Shown piece after piece: positions 48,631 through 61,801 of a DNA stretch of 64,000 nucleotides. A program made the translations under genes and the position numbers. The notes beneath the pieces were generated by a model. It searched no databases. It was given only the letters and a program-made list of their open reading frames with translations, and was not told where the DNA came from. Source of the stretch: Nemertoderma westbladi (Eukaryota > Animalia > Xenacoelomorpha); contig JAUCBJ010007819.1 in the NCBI GenBank assembly GCA_032718475.1, positions 1 through 64,000 of the forward strand, read 5' to 3'. Position 1 is the first letter of the stretch. Each line of letters starts with the position of its first letter.

Positions 48631-49158
48631 TGTAAAAGCTTTTGCGGGTATAATCAGTCCCCTTGCCCCCGCAGGGTGCCGTGTTGGTGTTTTAACGGAC
48701 ATAAAAGTCGTTCTTATATATGTGTGCTTTGATGGACATGGTAAGGCACAAAACCCGCAATGCCTCAAATCCTCTAGCACAGTGTAGCCTTGATGATTCA
48801 GATTACGACATCTAGCAGCTGGTTGCTGGCATGGAAACGGCCGTTGGGAACATGGTTCTTTGTTCAGCTTAACAGCCAATCAGGGCGATCTTTGCTGTGG
48901 ACGTGGAGGTATTTCTACAGATCCTACTAGGCGTGTTGAATTAGATGTCTTATGTCTTGTGTTACAGTTGTTGTTCCTCCTACGCCAGAACATCGGCTTT
49001 TGGAGTGACTCGGTGTTTCAGACTTTTAGTAAAACATTAGTAGGCTTAGTTATAGAACGTATAACTGTTATCGGTTGCAATTATCTGCAATTATATCAGT
49101 GTTGAGTTGTACACTGAAACCGACATTATTATACTGCTATTTACTGTTGTTTGGTTGA
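48631..49158 (+). repeat. BEL-2 5' LTR (minimum extent; true end probably near 49220-49250 or later)
   Basis: Starts TGTAAAAGC; matches 63473-64000 with two mismatches seen by eye; CCAAT at about 48876. Confidence 0.95.
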
Positions 49159-49874
49159 ATATCATTATTTGGAGAATATCGATAAATAACACAAATTTCC
49201 CAATTTTCTTGATACACTACAGGTTAGAGAGACAGGTTATATATAACAATTGCGACTTATGTTATCTTGGTTTGTAGTGAACCTAATGCTATTTGATAGA
49301 CACTACATTGGTCAATTGCTGTTCTCTTTATGTGTGATCAAATTCATCGACGGTCGGCAGATTAGTGTGCAGTATTGTGCGGTACCGGTAGTGTGCATGA
49401 TTGTGGCTGATAACTAAGCATTTCCTAAAGAATGCGCCTTATACGTGAATCATAAGCCTTACAGTCTTACCGTTGTGTGTAGTATAAGTCATAACTCTGT
49501 TTACCTAGATAGAGCGCCACGTCCTAAAGGAACTGTTAATATTTCCCGAAAGTGAATAATATTTGTCAGAAATTATTTATTAACGATCAATCGAATAATA
49601 CAGTAGGCTTCACTGCAATAAAAATCTAAGCCCCATCCGAATCCAGTCTCCCGGGTATATCCAGCGGGTGAATAGAAGTGCACTAGGCTGGCTTCGGCTA
49701 ATGTTGTGTTTATTGGTATTAAATACTTGTCATCTTCTAAAGTCTATTTATAAACCAAAAGACATATAAATTTTGGCAGGTTAAACTGCTAAAGGTCTTC
49801 AAAAGCGCGTACAATAACAGTTATCTTCTTATTGCAGTAAGCAATAAAGTTGAAAGTACCGGTCGACCAGTAAA

Positions 49875-50002
49875 CCTGAACCGGTACTGCTGTAGGTCCG
49901 TAGGCCCAACTGCCTGAACCGGTACTGCTGTAGGTCCGTAGGCCCAACTGCCTGAACCGGTACTACTGTAGGTCAGTAGGCCCAACTGTCCTAACCGGTA
50001 CT
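49875..50002 (+). repeat. 38-bp tandem repeat (about 3.4 copies) in the BEL-2 leader
   Basis: cctgaaccggtact at 49875, 49913, 49951. Confidence 0.9.
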
Positions 50003-50177
50003 TCGAGTGCAAGTACATTAGTATTATTCGATTTTGATAATTATATACCGGTAGGTCTCGATATTAAATCGGAGACGCCTGGTTTTTATTGGGATTTTAC
50101 TTAGGTCTATTTCTGTCAGTTTTATTCATTTGTAGGCTAATATTGAGCAGAAGGCGTGTAACCCTGCTCAGATTGTA

Positions 50178-50757
50178 CAGATATTTTGTAGGCTGGATTG
50201 TTGTTCTGACTGTTGTTAGGTCTGAAGAGATTGCTGCGTGTGTAGAGTTTGTCCGATAAAGTGCCAGTTAGTAAGTTGGGGCATCTTAAGTTGTAAGGTC
50301 AACCCCCTTCTAAAGAATAAGTCGTACTACCGTGTTAGAACGCATACTAACTAACCATTTTGGAATCTGCATATACTGTAGTTTATTTAGGCTTGATAGT
50401 AGTCTTCCAGCGTTTTAGCCTGTGTTTGTTTGTGTGGTCTGTTCAGATACCGTAATAGTTATTACTCAGATATTTTGTAGGCTGGATTGTTGTCTGGCTG
50501 TTATTAGGTCTGAAGAGATTGCTGCGTGTGTAGAGTTTGTCCGATAAAGTGCCAGTTAGTAAGTTGGGGCATCTATAGTTGTAAGGTAAACCCCCTCTTA
50601 AAGAATAAGTCGTACTACCGTGTTAGAACGCATACTAACTAACCATTTTGGAATCTGCACATACTGTAGTTTATTTAGGCTTGATGGTAGTCTGCCAGCG
50701 TTTAGTTTGTATTTTGTTTGAGTATTCTGTACGGGTAGCGTAATATTTATTATTCAG
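50178..50757 (+). repeat. About 290-bp direct duplication in the BEL-2 leader
   Basis: cagatattttgtaggctggattgttg at 50178 and 50468, followed by near-identical sequence. Confidence 0.92.
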
Positions 50758-51941
50758 AGTTTATGCGATTATTCGCAACATTCATGTCCCCAAGTTTATT
50801 CCTACAGTAATTGTGCTTGTTACACATACCGTTATAGTTAAATTAACCCCGGTACTACACGGGCTGCTTGGCGTAGGTAAAGACTGGTGACTTTGTGCTC
50901 TGGTCACTCCAGCAGATGCCGTGGTTCTTTTAACTGTTCAAGTATATTTAACTGCTAGTTATCTGTTTTATAAGTACTTGTACCTAATTTAGGGTTTGGT
51001 GTACAGTGCTTTCCGAAAGTAATTAGTGTGTAGGCAGTGTATTGTGTTGTAAAGTGGTTAATAGGCACGTTGGATCTGGTAGTCCGCGGTAATTAACTTC
51101 TAGGTAGGAACACTCCGTGATACATAACGTAGTACCTATAGCGATACGGCTATAGGTCGTCAGGCGGTGGTATTTTCCTATCTGGACAACGCAGTATCTT
51201 GACTACTGCTTTATTATTCTCAAATACCGTAGTATCCTGTCTGTTGTAATAACCAGAAGTTCTAACCCTTTGTTAGACTGGTTTGTAGTTTCCCTGTAAA
51301 ATTACCCTAAAATTTCGTACGTAATATTTTTGTTGTGTTTAGTTAGAGAATTAATCTCACCCGTATCGTAAGTAATTCGTAGATAAGTAACTTAGGAAGT
51401 AGAATTATCCATTTTAGTGTCCAATAATTAGCACTTCACTGAGAGCGCACAGCTTCTGTGTAGTGATTATTTCCCAGAAATAGTAACATCTATTTCAATA
51501 TTGTAACAATACCCCTCATACGGGTATATATATATATATATATATATCTATTATAAATCAACTCAAAAGTTTATAAGCGAGTAGGCCTGTCATACAACAA
51601 TTAGGTCTTAATATAAGTTGGAATTACTGCTTGAATAACGGTAATAGAGTAAACTAAAGTAACTAAGTAACCCAATTAATTTCAGAAATTCAATTACTCT
51701 AAATAATTGATATACCGGTATCTCTAATAGGCTTATTATATATTTGTATATATTTGCACTGAAATTATATACCGGTATTCTGTGACAAACCTAGTCTGCA
51801 ATACTTATATATACTATAAGTGTATACCGGTATTCTAATATATTGTAATTAATTACCGGTACTAGGCCAACGGTCATACTGAATTACTAGACTTACTTTA
51901 ACTGTAACTATAGCAGTAAGCATTCAACTGTATAGCTAAGT

Positions 51942-54900
51942 ATGTCTGACACAAAGCAAAACCTGTCAGACAGTCTAATCGATACAACCATCTGTGACAC
52001 AGATAGGAGTGTGGAGCGATTAAGAAAGGGGTTTAGCTCACCTCCTACTGTAAGAAAGGTCATCCCTCCAGTAGTAGTATCAGACCCTAGGCTAATCCAA
52101 CACCGTAGGTCTATCATCGGCACTCGGGCCCAGGTCAAACGGAACCAAGAAGCAGCTGTCCAACAGCAGCAACATCCTAGTCAAGGAACTCGTTCCCAGC
52201 GACCCGATAGCTCCAGTAGTTCGGATACTGTAGAGCTGACCCCCGAACGCGGAGTGAAGATGGCGGATACAGCCTATTCGGATCCCCTTCTCACTCTTCC
52301 TGCCGCAGTACTAACTACGATATTGATTGCGGTGGAGGAACACCAAGTCGATTGGGCGAGAAGTAAGCGAGCGACCCAAGATAGTTATGCGGGATACGCC
52401 AGGGAAGAATTGATGTCTATTGTCGAGTCACAATGGAACTTTCCCGGACCCGGACTCCCGTTAGATTTGTCCGAAGCTACTTGGGAAGACATACACAGGA
52501 TGGGAGTGATTAAAGATACGATGGATCCAGCTGTTTGGAAGAGGTCGGCAGCAGGATATGTGCAGGGATTCTTCGGATCCTTAGAGCGATTAGAAGAACA
52601 ACTGTTTCGACAAACCCCAGGACCTCAAGAGCAGGAAGAGCTGCTTTATCAAGTACGCGAAAGAACCCTACGCATTAGGCTAATCCTATCAGCCTTTGAG
52701 GAAACTTCCAAAAGAAGACAGGACACGTCGCTGCAAGTCGCTGTCAAGACTTGGTTCCAGCGGGCAGGTTTCAAAGTTCAAGAAACGTCCCAGTGGAAAT
52801 CCCAGCTGGCTGAGCGACCAACCTATGAAGAACCAACCGATGCCACCCTTTCTCAAGCGGAAAGCGAAGTGACAGCAGAGAGACCGCGAACGAGAGACGC
52901 CATCGACATCTATCTGTCAGACTATCAACGCTTCTTAGGTGATGAAGAGTTGAGGAGACGACTGGCTGGACTTCGCCCCAATAGTGAAGGAGCCAAGCTT
53001 GTGTTGGACTCAATCGATGTGGAAATGTTAGCTGCAAACCAAGCTAAATTTGATGAAAAACTCCGCCTCGCTAGAGCCCAGGAAGAACAAGTAAAGAAAA
53101 AACGTATAGAGGACAGAAAGGCAGTAGCAGCGGCAAAAGCGGCAGCGGCAGTGGAAGAGGCAAAAGCGGCAGTGGCAGTGGAAGCGGCAAAAGCGGCAGC
53201 GGCAGTGGAAACAGCAAAAGCAGCAGCAGCAGTGGCAGAGGCAGAAAGAAAGGCTGCAGTGGCAGAGGCAGAAAGAAAAGCGGCGGAGGCATTGGCAGAA
53301 GCAGAACAGAGAGCGTCTGAAGAGACCACCCAACTGGAGTTGGAAAATCTTCAAGAGACGCAAGACTGCATAAATAAACAGTTAACTGCTAGTCAAATGC
53401 AGATGATGAGTAGATCTACTCCCAAACGCCAAGGATACACATCATCGGAGGAAGGCGAGACCACCGATCCTGAAGGCGGAGGAAATAGATCTTGTCTAAG
53501 TAGGCGTAGAAGAACATCTCATCGTCAGAAATTGCCTGATTTGCCTCCAGCTGTTAGAAGACAACTAGCTAGCTCAGCCGCAAGTAGTACAGAACACACA
53601 GACCGAATTGTTACCGTAAGCAGACTCCCTACTATAGTAGATGAGCCTGAAATAATTAGGCCTGTTCTCGAAAACACCCCTTCGGTGAGAGAGACCCCTG
53701 TACTCCCCGAACCTACCACCAAATTCCCTTTGCGCAGTACTAAACTGTCTGCACCCGGTGGAGCAGCCCAAGAGAATGTCCCAGTTCTTGAGACCGAGAG
53801 AGAAATCCAAGATTTGTCTCCCATCGTCCCGCGTCGGTCCACCACTACGTTGGCGACTCCCGTTTTGGCGGTTGAGTGGGTTGATGAGGGACGGCGGGAG
53901 ATGGGTCTCTTGCTCGGGCAGATGAGAGAACAACGCGAATGTTCCTCACAGCAGATCCGAGATTTAGAAGGGACTGTCCACCAACTCAAGGGAACAGTAA
54001 GGGAAAGTAGGATAGAATTGCAAGAAGTGCAGCAAAGTATCGCGCTGGAACGCGACAAATTGGTCAATATACAAAAGGGTATACCAATACCGGTACCCCC
54101 TGTAACTATGTGTCAACCTGTTAGGTCTGAAGTATTACATGCGCAAGGTGTGGAGCCTACACGCATCTATACTGCTAGTGAAGTAGAAACTCCTATAGCA
54201 AACCCTATTAAGGGTGATTATAAACCTGTTGTTAATGATATTCCCTATAGACCTGATAATAATCCGAGAAATTTATATACTGATAATTCGATATTAAATA
54301 ACACGATGGCCCAAGAAAGCTTTACGCGTCAGATGGCTAGAACAGAAGCCCGCCAAGCGGTCAAAGTGGGAGAAATCGTCAAATTCAATGGAGATGAGAT
54401 GAAATGGTTACCTTTCAATGAATATTACAAAGATAGCATACAGAACTCTGTACTATCTAACGGAGAGAAACTTAGATTCCTCATCAAGTGCTTGGAAGGA
54501 CCTCCCAAGTTAATGGCGTTAAAGTTTATTGGACATCCAGATGGATTAAGACAAGTTTGGGATACATTAAACATCAGGTATGGTAACAAGGATAACATAG
54601 CTAAGTATTTGTATGCAAAATTAGTAGCCCCCCGAAAGTTCCTTAGTCCGCTACTAAGGAACTTTCGGGGGGCTACTAATTTAGACTTCTTTTTAGACTA
54701 CTATAGAGTTTTCCGATGAGATTCAGGAGATCTGTAGACAATTGGACTGGTTAGGTAAGTCTCATGAATATCAGAGTTCAATGGTTATTGGAGCCGTAGT
54801 CTCTACTTTACCAAAGGGTGGAGTATGTACACGCTGGGACAAGAAAGTGTTGTATATGAATGAGCAGCAACGACGAGGTCCTACCATGGCTGATCTCATG

Positions 54901-57900
54901 TCCTTCTTAGATGGTGAAGTAAAACTACAACTCATAAAGCAGTCCAGAGAGAAAACATCGGAAAATAAGGTAAGTGAGAAACCCGTTTCTAGGAGAAGAA
55001 TAACACCAGTGTGTTACACTGACGACGGCGAAAGCCAAGCTTCTCAAGAGGAGGACAGCGGGAAAGACACTGATAGATTTTACTACGTTAACAAAACCTC
55101 AAAAGACGTAAGTAAATACAAGGCTCGAACCAATGATAGGAGAGAACAGGTTGCCAAGACTCCTCCTCAGTCTCCTAACAGAATGCACGGAAGAAAGCCC
55201 GAAGAAAGAACGAGAGTGCATAACGTTACCCAAGGTAAAGTGAGTAACATCAAACCAAACTGTGCGCTGTGCGACGGGCCCCACCGTTTGAGTGCGTGTG
55301 CGGAATTCCTAAAGAAATCCCTTGTAGACAGACGTGAAGTCATGTGGGATAAGCGGTTATGCTATAATTGCCTCAGATCAGGACACCAACAGCGAACCTG
55401 TTACTCCGACGTAAGGTGTGCAAAGTGCGGTGCGAAACATCACATATTGTTACACAGTGAATTCGAACGAAACAACCCGAGTCAGGTAAGTGAGCCCGAA
55501 CTACATGTCCAATTCAGTGATGTAAATGACACTGATCAAGAATCTGAGATGGAAGGATTCTATACTGACGAATTCTCCGACGCCAACGAATCCTGTTACC
55601 TAATAAATACCGCAGTGTATCGAGCACTTACTTACGAAAAGGACACCGACAATGAGTTCCCCCCAACTACTTTTGACAGACAACCATCTTGGAAAGCTCC
55701 AACTTCCAACGTAGGAATCAGAGAATTTCCTGTAGTGCAGGTAAGAGTTCACGGTCCTAACAAAAGTTACATAGTGAACGCCCTCCTTGACTCCGGCAGC
55801 ACAGGAACATTCATCGATCAAGAACTAGCCGAAGATATCTTTGCTGGACAACCCAAATTCCGGACTAAGTTGAATATGTCACGAATTATGCAAGTTTGGA
55901 AATCTACCATAACGGCAGATTACTATGTAGGTGCGTTGTCCACCCCCCAGGATAAATTAGGAGCACAAAGTATAAGGTCAGTAAAAATGGTGGCTATAAA
56001 GAACTTCGCTACTACCCAAGTAGAACCTTATAACTGGGACGAGGACGAGAGCATCCAACAACTCAAGATACCTCGATTCCAGACATATTATCCTGGAGTG
56101 CAAATACTCATCGGCCAAAACGCGCATGAGGCGCTCGAGACATTGGAGAAACGGCCTGCTCAACCGCAGCCACTACAAACCTATGCGGTAAGAACTAGAG
56201 TAGGTTGATACTTTACTGGCCCTTCCCGCAGAACTCTCGAAGAGAGAATGCCACAAGAACGAATATACCAAGTAAACGATTGGGAAGTGGAGAGCAGTGA
56301 GGTGGACGAACTACCTGAGGGAACACCATACTCCTCAGATAATGACGACATCTACCAACTCTTCGATGAAGAGAACACAATCGACCTACTTACAGAAAAC
56401 AAAACTTGGAAAAACCAGGTGAACCTATGTCAACTGATTCGCCCATCGGGACCCATTGATTATAATGAAGAACTAAATGATGAGATAGAGCACTACAACG
56501 CTAGAACTCGGGACGAACTCGCCGTACGATTATTTACTCAAGAATTGGTAGAGCCCAATTCATACGATAAGGCCCTATCGATAGAAGAAGAAAGAGCCAA
56601 GCAAATCCAGGAAACAACTACACGTTTTTTAAAAGATCAAGGTAGATATGAAATCGGCCTACCATTTCGAAAACGAGAACCTAGATTTATAAATAACAGA
56701 CCCTTGGCAGAGAAAAGAATCACTCAATTACATCGACGCCTTACGGCAAATGCTTCAGCTAAAGAAATGTACCAAACTCAGTTGAAGAAATTTATTACAA
56801 AGGGATACGCGGAGCGAGTACCGGAAGGAACACCAATAACTGAGAGAACGTATTACTTAACACATCATTACGTTCCCAAACCCGGTAAACCCCATGAAGT
56901 ACGAGTCGTATTCGATGGCTCCGCTCTATATATGGGACAATCCCTCAATTCCGAATTATTACCAGGACCCAACTTACTCCAATCCTTGTTGGGAATACTT
57001 TTAAGATTAAGACAATATTCCATCGCGTTCGCCTCCGATATAGAAGGAATGTTCTTACAAGTCAAGGCGCTGGATAGAGATAGAGACAGCCTAAGATTTC
57101 TGTGGTGGCCTGAAGGAGATCTCAACCAGAAACCAGTAGAGTACTGGATGACCATCCAGGCTTTTGGGATCATATCAAGCCCTTCCAACGCCTGCTCCGT
57201 GTTGCGGACCACTGCGAATGACAACCGGGACGCCTTCTCAAAAGAGGTGATAGACAACATCAAGTGTAATATATACATGGACGACAATTTAAAGTCCCTT
57301 CCATCAGTAGAAGAAGCCATTGATGTCGCGAAAGGAACGGTAGAGTGTTTGAAAAGAGGTGGATTTCGACTGACGAAATTCACCAGCAACTCCCGTGAGT
57401 TTCTGGAAGCGATACCGGTAGAAGACCGAGGAACGAAAGACCTAGACTTAATAAAGGACGATCTTCCAGAAACCAAGACGCTTGGCTTGAAGTGGGACAC
57501 AGAAAGAGATATCCTGTTTTTTCAGCTAAAACAGCGAGATAATCCAGTTCGGACCAAACGGATTTGTTTAAGTATCCTGAGCACTTATTTCCACCCATTG
57601 GGATTTATTAGCCCAGTCATATTGATTGCTCGGAGTTTAACAACTGTGTTTAACAACAAGTTTAACACAACAAATGTGGCTTGAAAACCGCTCATGGGAC
57701 GATCCACTTAAGGGAGAACTGTTAAATAAGTGGATGAAATGGGAAGATTCTCTACCTGCCATCGAGAGCTTTGTAATTCCCCGTGCATATTTTGGTCATG
57801 TTCTCCCTACGTATTCCTATCAACTCCATGTGTTTGGAGACGCCAGCGACATGGGAATAGGTATAGTAGCATATCTGCGAGTCGAAACTCCGGATGGAAT

Positions 57901-60292
57901 CAAAGTCGCCTTGGTTACCTCTAAGGCATTGATTAACAACAAGTTAAAGGTTCCTCGAGCGGAGTTAAAAGCGGCTTTATACGCTACAGCCATCGGCCGG
58001 AACGTAACAGAACAAATCGACTATCCACTGGAGAAAACGGTTTATTGGACCGACGCTTTACTCGTGTTGGAGTATATAACCAATGAAGTCTGTCAGTTCA
58101 GCGTCTTTGTTACTAACAGAGTAGCCATTATTCTTAGTCGCACAAAGATAGATCAATGGAGACATTGCCCTGGTACGATTAATCCAGCCGATATCGCCTC
58201 CAGGGGAGCAACTCCACAGGAACTGATAGATACTCCAGACTGGTTGGGTGGACCCGACTTCCTGAGCAAGGAAGAGGATGAATGGCCTCCTCACCTTACT
58301 ACGGCGGAGATTAGACAAGCCAAGGGAGCGGAGAAAGTCAAACCTAAAACCCGGGCGAGTAAATCGAAGTTATTTAAACCGACGATCGATCTATCTGTAT
58401 TACATACTTCCGGAAACGATGCTTCGGATCCACAATCCCTCGCCACAAATAAATCTGTTGTGGAAATTAGAGATAGAGATTGGAAATCTGGAATACCAGA
58501 TGTCTCGCAAGGAATCTCACCCCTGCTGCAAAGAGCAATGCATCACTACAGTTCCTGGAATCGGCTCTGTAAAGCCGTCACATATTTAAAGCGATGTTTT
58601 CATCATCACTACTCCAGGACGAAGACCATTAGTGATACCGCTCCATTGACATCTGCGCAAGTTCATGTTATTAAAGATATACCCAAATATAAGACATCCG
58701 ACCGGTTTCTAAAGGAGAAACTCAGCTACCAGGAGCATGAAGAAACCAATAAGCAGATACTGAGACTCCTGCAATGCTATGAGGATTCCGATAAGTATTT
58801 CCTGTTGTTGAGAAATCCGCAGATGCACTTAAGGGATCGCTTCTCTAGCACAATGATAGATGGGTTAATACATGTTGGAGGAAGGCTCACCAATGCGCCA
58901 TTATCCTTTGACACTAAATTCCCCATACTCATTAGAAATCTTGAAGTACAAATCAAGATGATTGTAGATGTTCACAGTAAACTTTATCATGCTGGTAGAG
59001 AACGAGTTCTTAGCGAAATCCGAACTCGCTATTATTTTTATAAACCCCGTAGAGCTCTGAACCAAGTTCTTAGGAACTGCATACCCTGTAGGAAAGCATT
59101 CAGTAGGCCTTTAACACAGCGAGAGGCAGAATTACCTAGGGAACGAGTAAGCTTCTATGAACCACCTTTTACTAATACTGGTGTAGATTTATTTGGCCCT
59201 ATTGAAGTATATCGTGCTAGGACTATAGTCAAGAGATGGTGTGTCATCTTCGTATGCATGACTTGTAGAGCCATCCATCTCGATATGGTGAACGATCTAT
59301 CTACCAACAGCTTCGTCTTAAGTTTACGCCGACAGATCGCTCGCTTCGGGACTAGTAATACCATGAGATCGGATAAGGGAACGAACTTCATTGGTGCCAA
59401 CAACGAAATCCAAGCTTACGTGAAGGACTGGAACCAAAGACAGGTGGACGATCAGCTAAGGATAACAGCGTCTAGCTGGACCTTCAACGCCGCCGACGCC
59501 CCTTGGTGGGGAGGAAGTTGGGAGAGATTAATTAGAAGTGTCAAGACCGCATTTCACTTTATAGTGCCATGCCGCGCATATCTCACCGACGAACTTTTGC
59601 AGACGTTAATGGAGGAAATAGCTGCCTATCTCAACGAGAGACCGCTTATGCCAGTCTCATCGAGTCCCGATTCCCTGGAAGCGCTAACACCCGCGCACTT
59701 CCTACTGAAGAAACCTGTAGCCATGCTCCCACGATCGGAGATTGCCGACGGAGACGAATACTGCCGTCGAACTTGGCAACTTATGCAGTTGCTATCCCGT
59801 CGTTTCGCTGACCATTTCGAGAAACATTATCTGCCCACGCTACAACTTCGAACTAAGTGGTTTGCGCAGCAAGAAAACGTCAGCGCCGGAGATATGGTGC
59901 TTATTGTAGATTCAGACCTTCCACGTAAACGGTGGCAGACAGGTCGTATCATCGAGACTCACATCTCGGATGATGGTTTAGTGCGCTCGGTAGAACTCGT
60001 CGTCATGCGGCGTAACTTCAAGAAGCCAGGCATAATCTTTGAGACGCAACAACTCAACCGCCCAGTTGGTCGTTTATGTTTACTGGAAAGAGACAAAGAA
60101 CTCTCCGGAAACTATGGAAGGCAAGACACTCTTCCCACGACCACCTCCCTAATTCCTCAAACATCTAGGGACTCCCCAACGTGGTACGTCTGGAGTGGGT
60201 GCATGACTATATTATTTTATCTATTTTATTATATTTTATATGCGAACATTATTATGTACTTTATTATAATCGTTTTATTTAATTTTATTTAG
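51942..60292 (+). pseudogene. BEL-2 gag-pol polyprotein with three lesions (frameshift about 54700, TGA at 56206, frameshift about 57660)
   Basis: KFNGDEMKWLPF, CALCDGPH..C / CYNC..GH..C / CAKC..HH..LH knuckles, LLDSGS, YMDD, HVFGDAS, NPADIASRG, TGVDLFGP, SDKGTNFIGA, GGSWERLIRSVK, YLPTLQLRTKW. Confidence 0.95.
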
Positions 60293-61801
60293 TAGAATGT
60301 TATTTTAGATTATTTAGTAGGTTAGTGCAATATATTAGTGTTTATTACGTAATTACATATAATATATATTTAGTGTGACGGCGAGAAATAATTCTTTTTC
60401 TCTCTCCTTACTGTCCGTATTATATTATAAATACGAGACTACAGTAAGATGACATGTCAGTACTTATTAAAGTACAATAAAGCTCCTACTATATTTGAGT
60501 ATTATTGGTAGGCAGAGTATTAGGAATGCAAAGTTCAGATCCTCGTGTCTCGGCTAAACCAAGCTCTGGGTAGACCTTGGAAACGACTTGCCTCTTCACA
60601 CTGACATTGCTTCGTGCGATATTGCTCTTCTACCTTATATTAAATAATACATATAGTAGCGTGATGTCCCTATAACAGTAGCGTAAAACGCAAATAAATC
60701 TGTTAAAACTTTTGACCATCTGTAATTCTAGTCGATTAAGATATCGCGGCACCCACCGATATACTTGAAAGACAAATTCTAGAATCAGTGGTTAACGTCC
60801 CCAGACAAGTTCTGGAATAAATCGGTGCCCATCTTAAATATTAATTTAATATTTATTAAAATCGGTAAAATTCAGATCCTTTAAAATTTCTAGTCAATTA
60901 AGATATCGCAGCACTTACCGATACTCTTAAAAGACAATTTTATAGAATTGAGGATCCTAGGTCCCCAGACATGCTCTGGAATAAATTGTGTCAATTTTAC
61001 TATCAAATAATAAAATTCACGGGAATAAATTTAAATTCATATTTTAAATGAATTTCATAAATTGTCATTTGTGCAATTTATGACATTCCCAAAATTCCGT
61101 TAATTAATAGATCATGGGAGCGGAGATTCATCTTATTGAGTGTATTAGAGTGCGAGAATCTCCAACATATAGTCAATAGCCGATAAAATTAATAAAATCA
61201 TGCATAAAGAGGATATTGACAATTAAAGAATTACTATTAAATAGCATTCCAGATCTGTATGCATGAGAATTACCCTAATTCTACCGCTAGCTTTCCATAA
61301 TGTCACCATAGCAACACCCACGCTAGAATTAGAAGCAAGTTAAAAGAACAATAGAAAGCTTGTCTCATTGCCTAGCATAGAGAATACATAGCACACTGTT
61401 AGTATCCACGGATACACAATAATAACGTGACATTCTGGAAGGCACTGACTAACGGACAAATGGCCTGTATGTGTACAATTGGTGACAGTTGTGTGGAATT
61501 TGTACGTTTATAGGTGAATGTTACTGCTAAAGTATGTTTACAGTAGCTAGTCGCAATTGTGAAAGTAGCCCAACTCTCCTATAGAAAGAACCTAAAGTGG
61601 ATTCAAGCCTTTGGGACGGACAGTGGAGTGACTTGTGCCGGTTGTCGTTGTGGTGCTGTTGCTACATGTTGGCGTAAACACCGCGACGACGGTACATCGG
61701 CGCTGAGAATCCCACTGTCCGGGGGCAAAGAAAGGTAGGCAGCGATGCCCGCTTGCCTAAACATCAACTCATTATAATATTAATAAACTCAGATAACAGA
61801 T

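Noticed and set aside
60190-60292. Hydrophobic tail of BEL-2 pol as an env-like TM segment
   Set aside because: It is read-through into T/A-rich non-coding sequence with no ectodomain.
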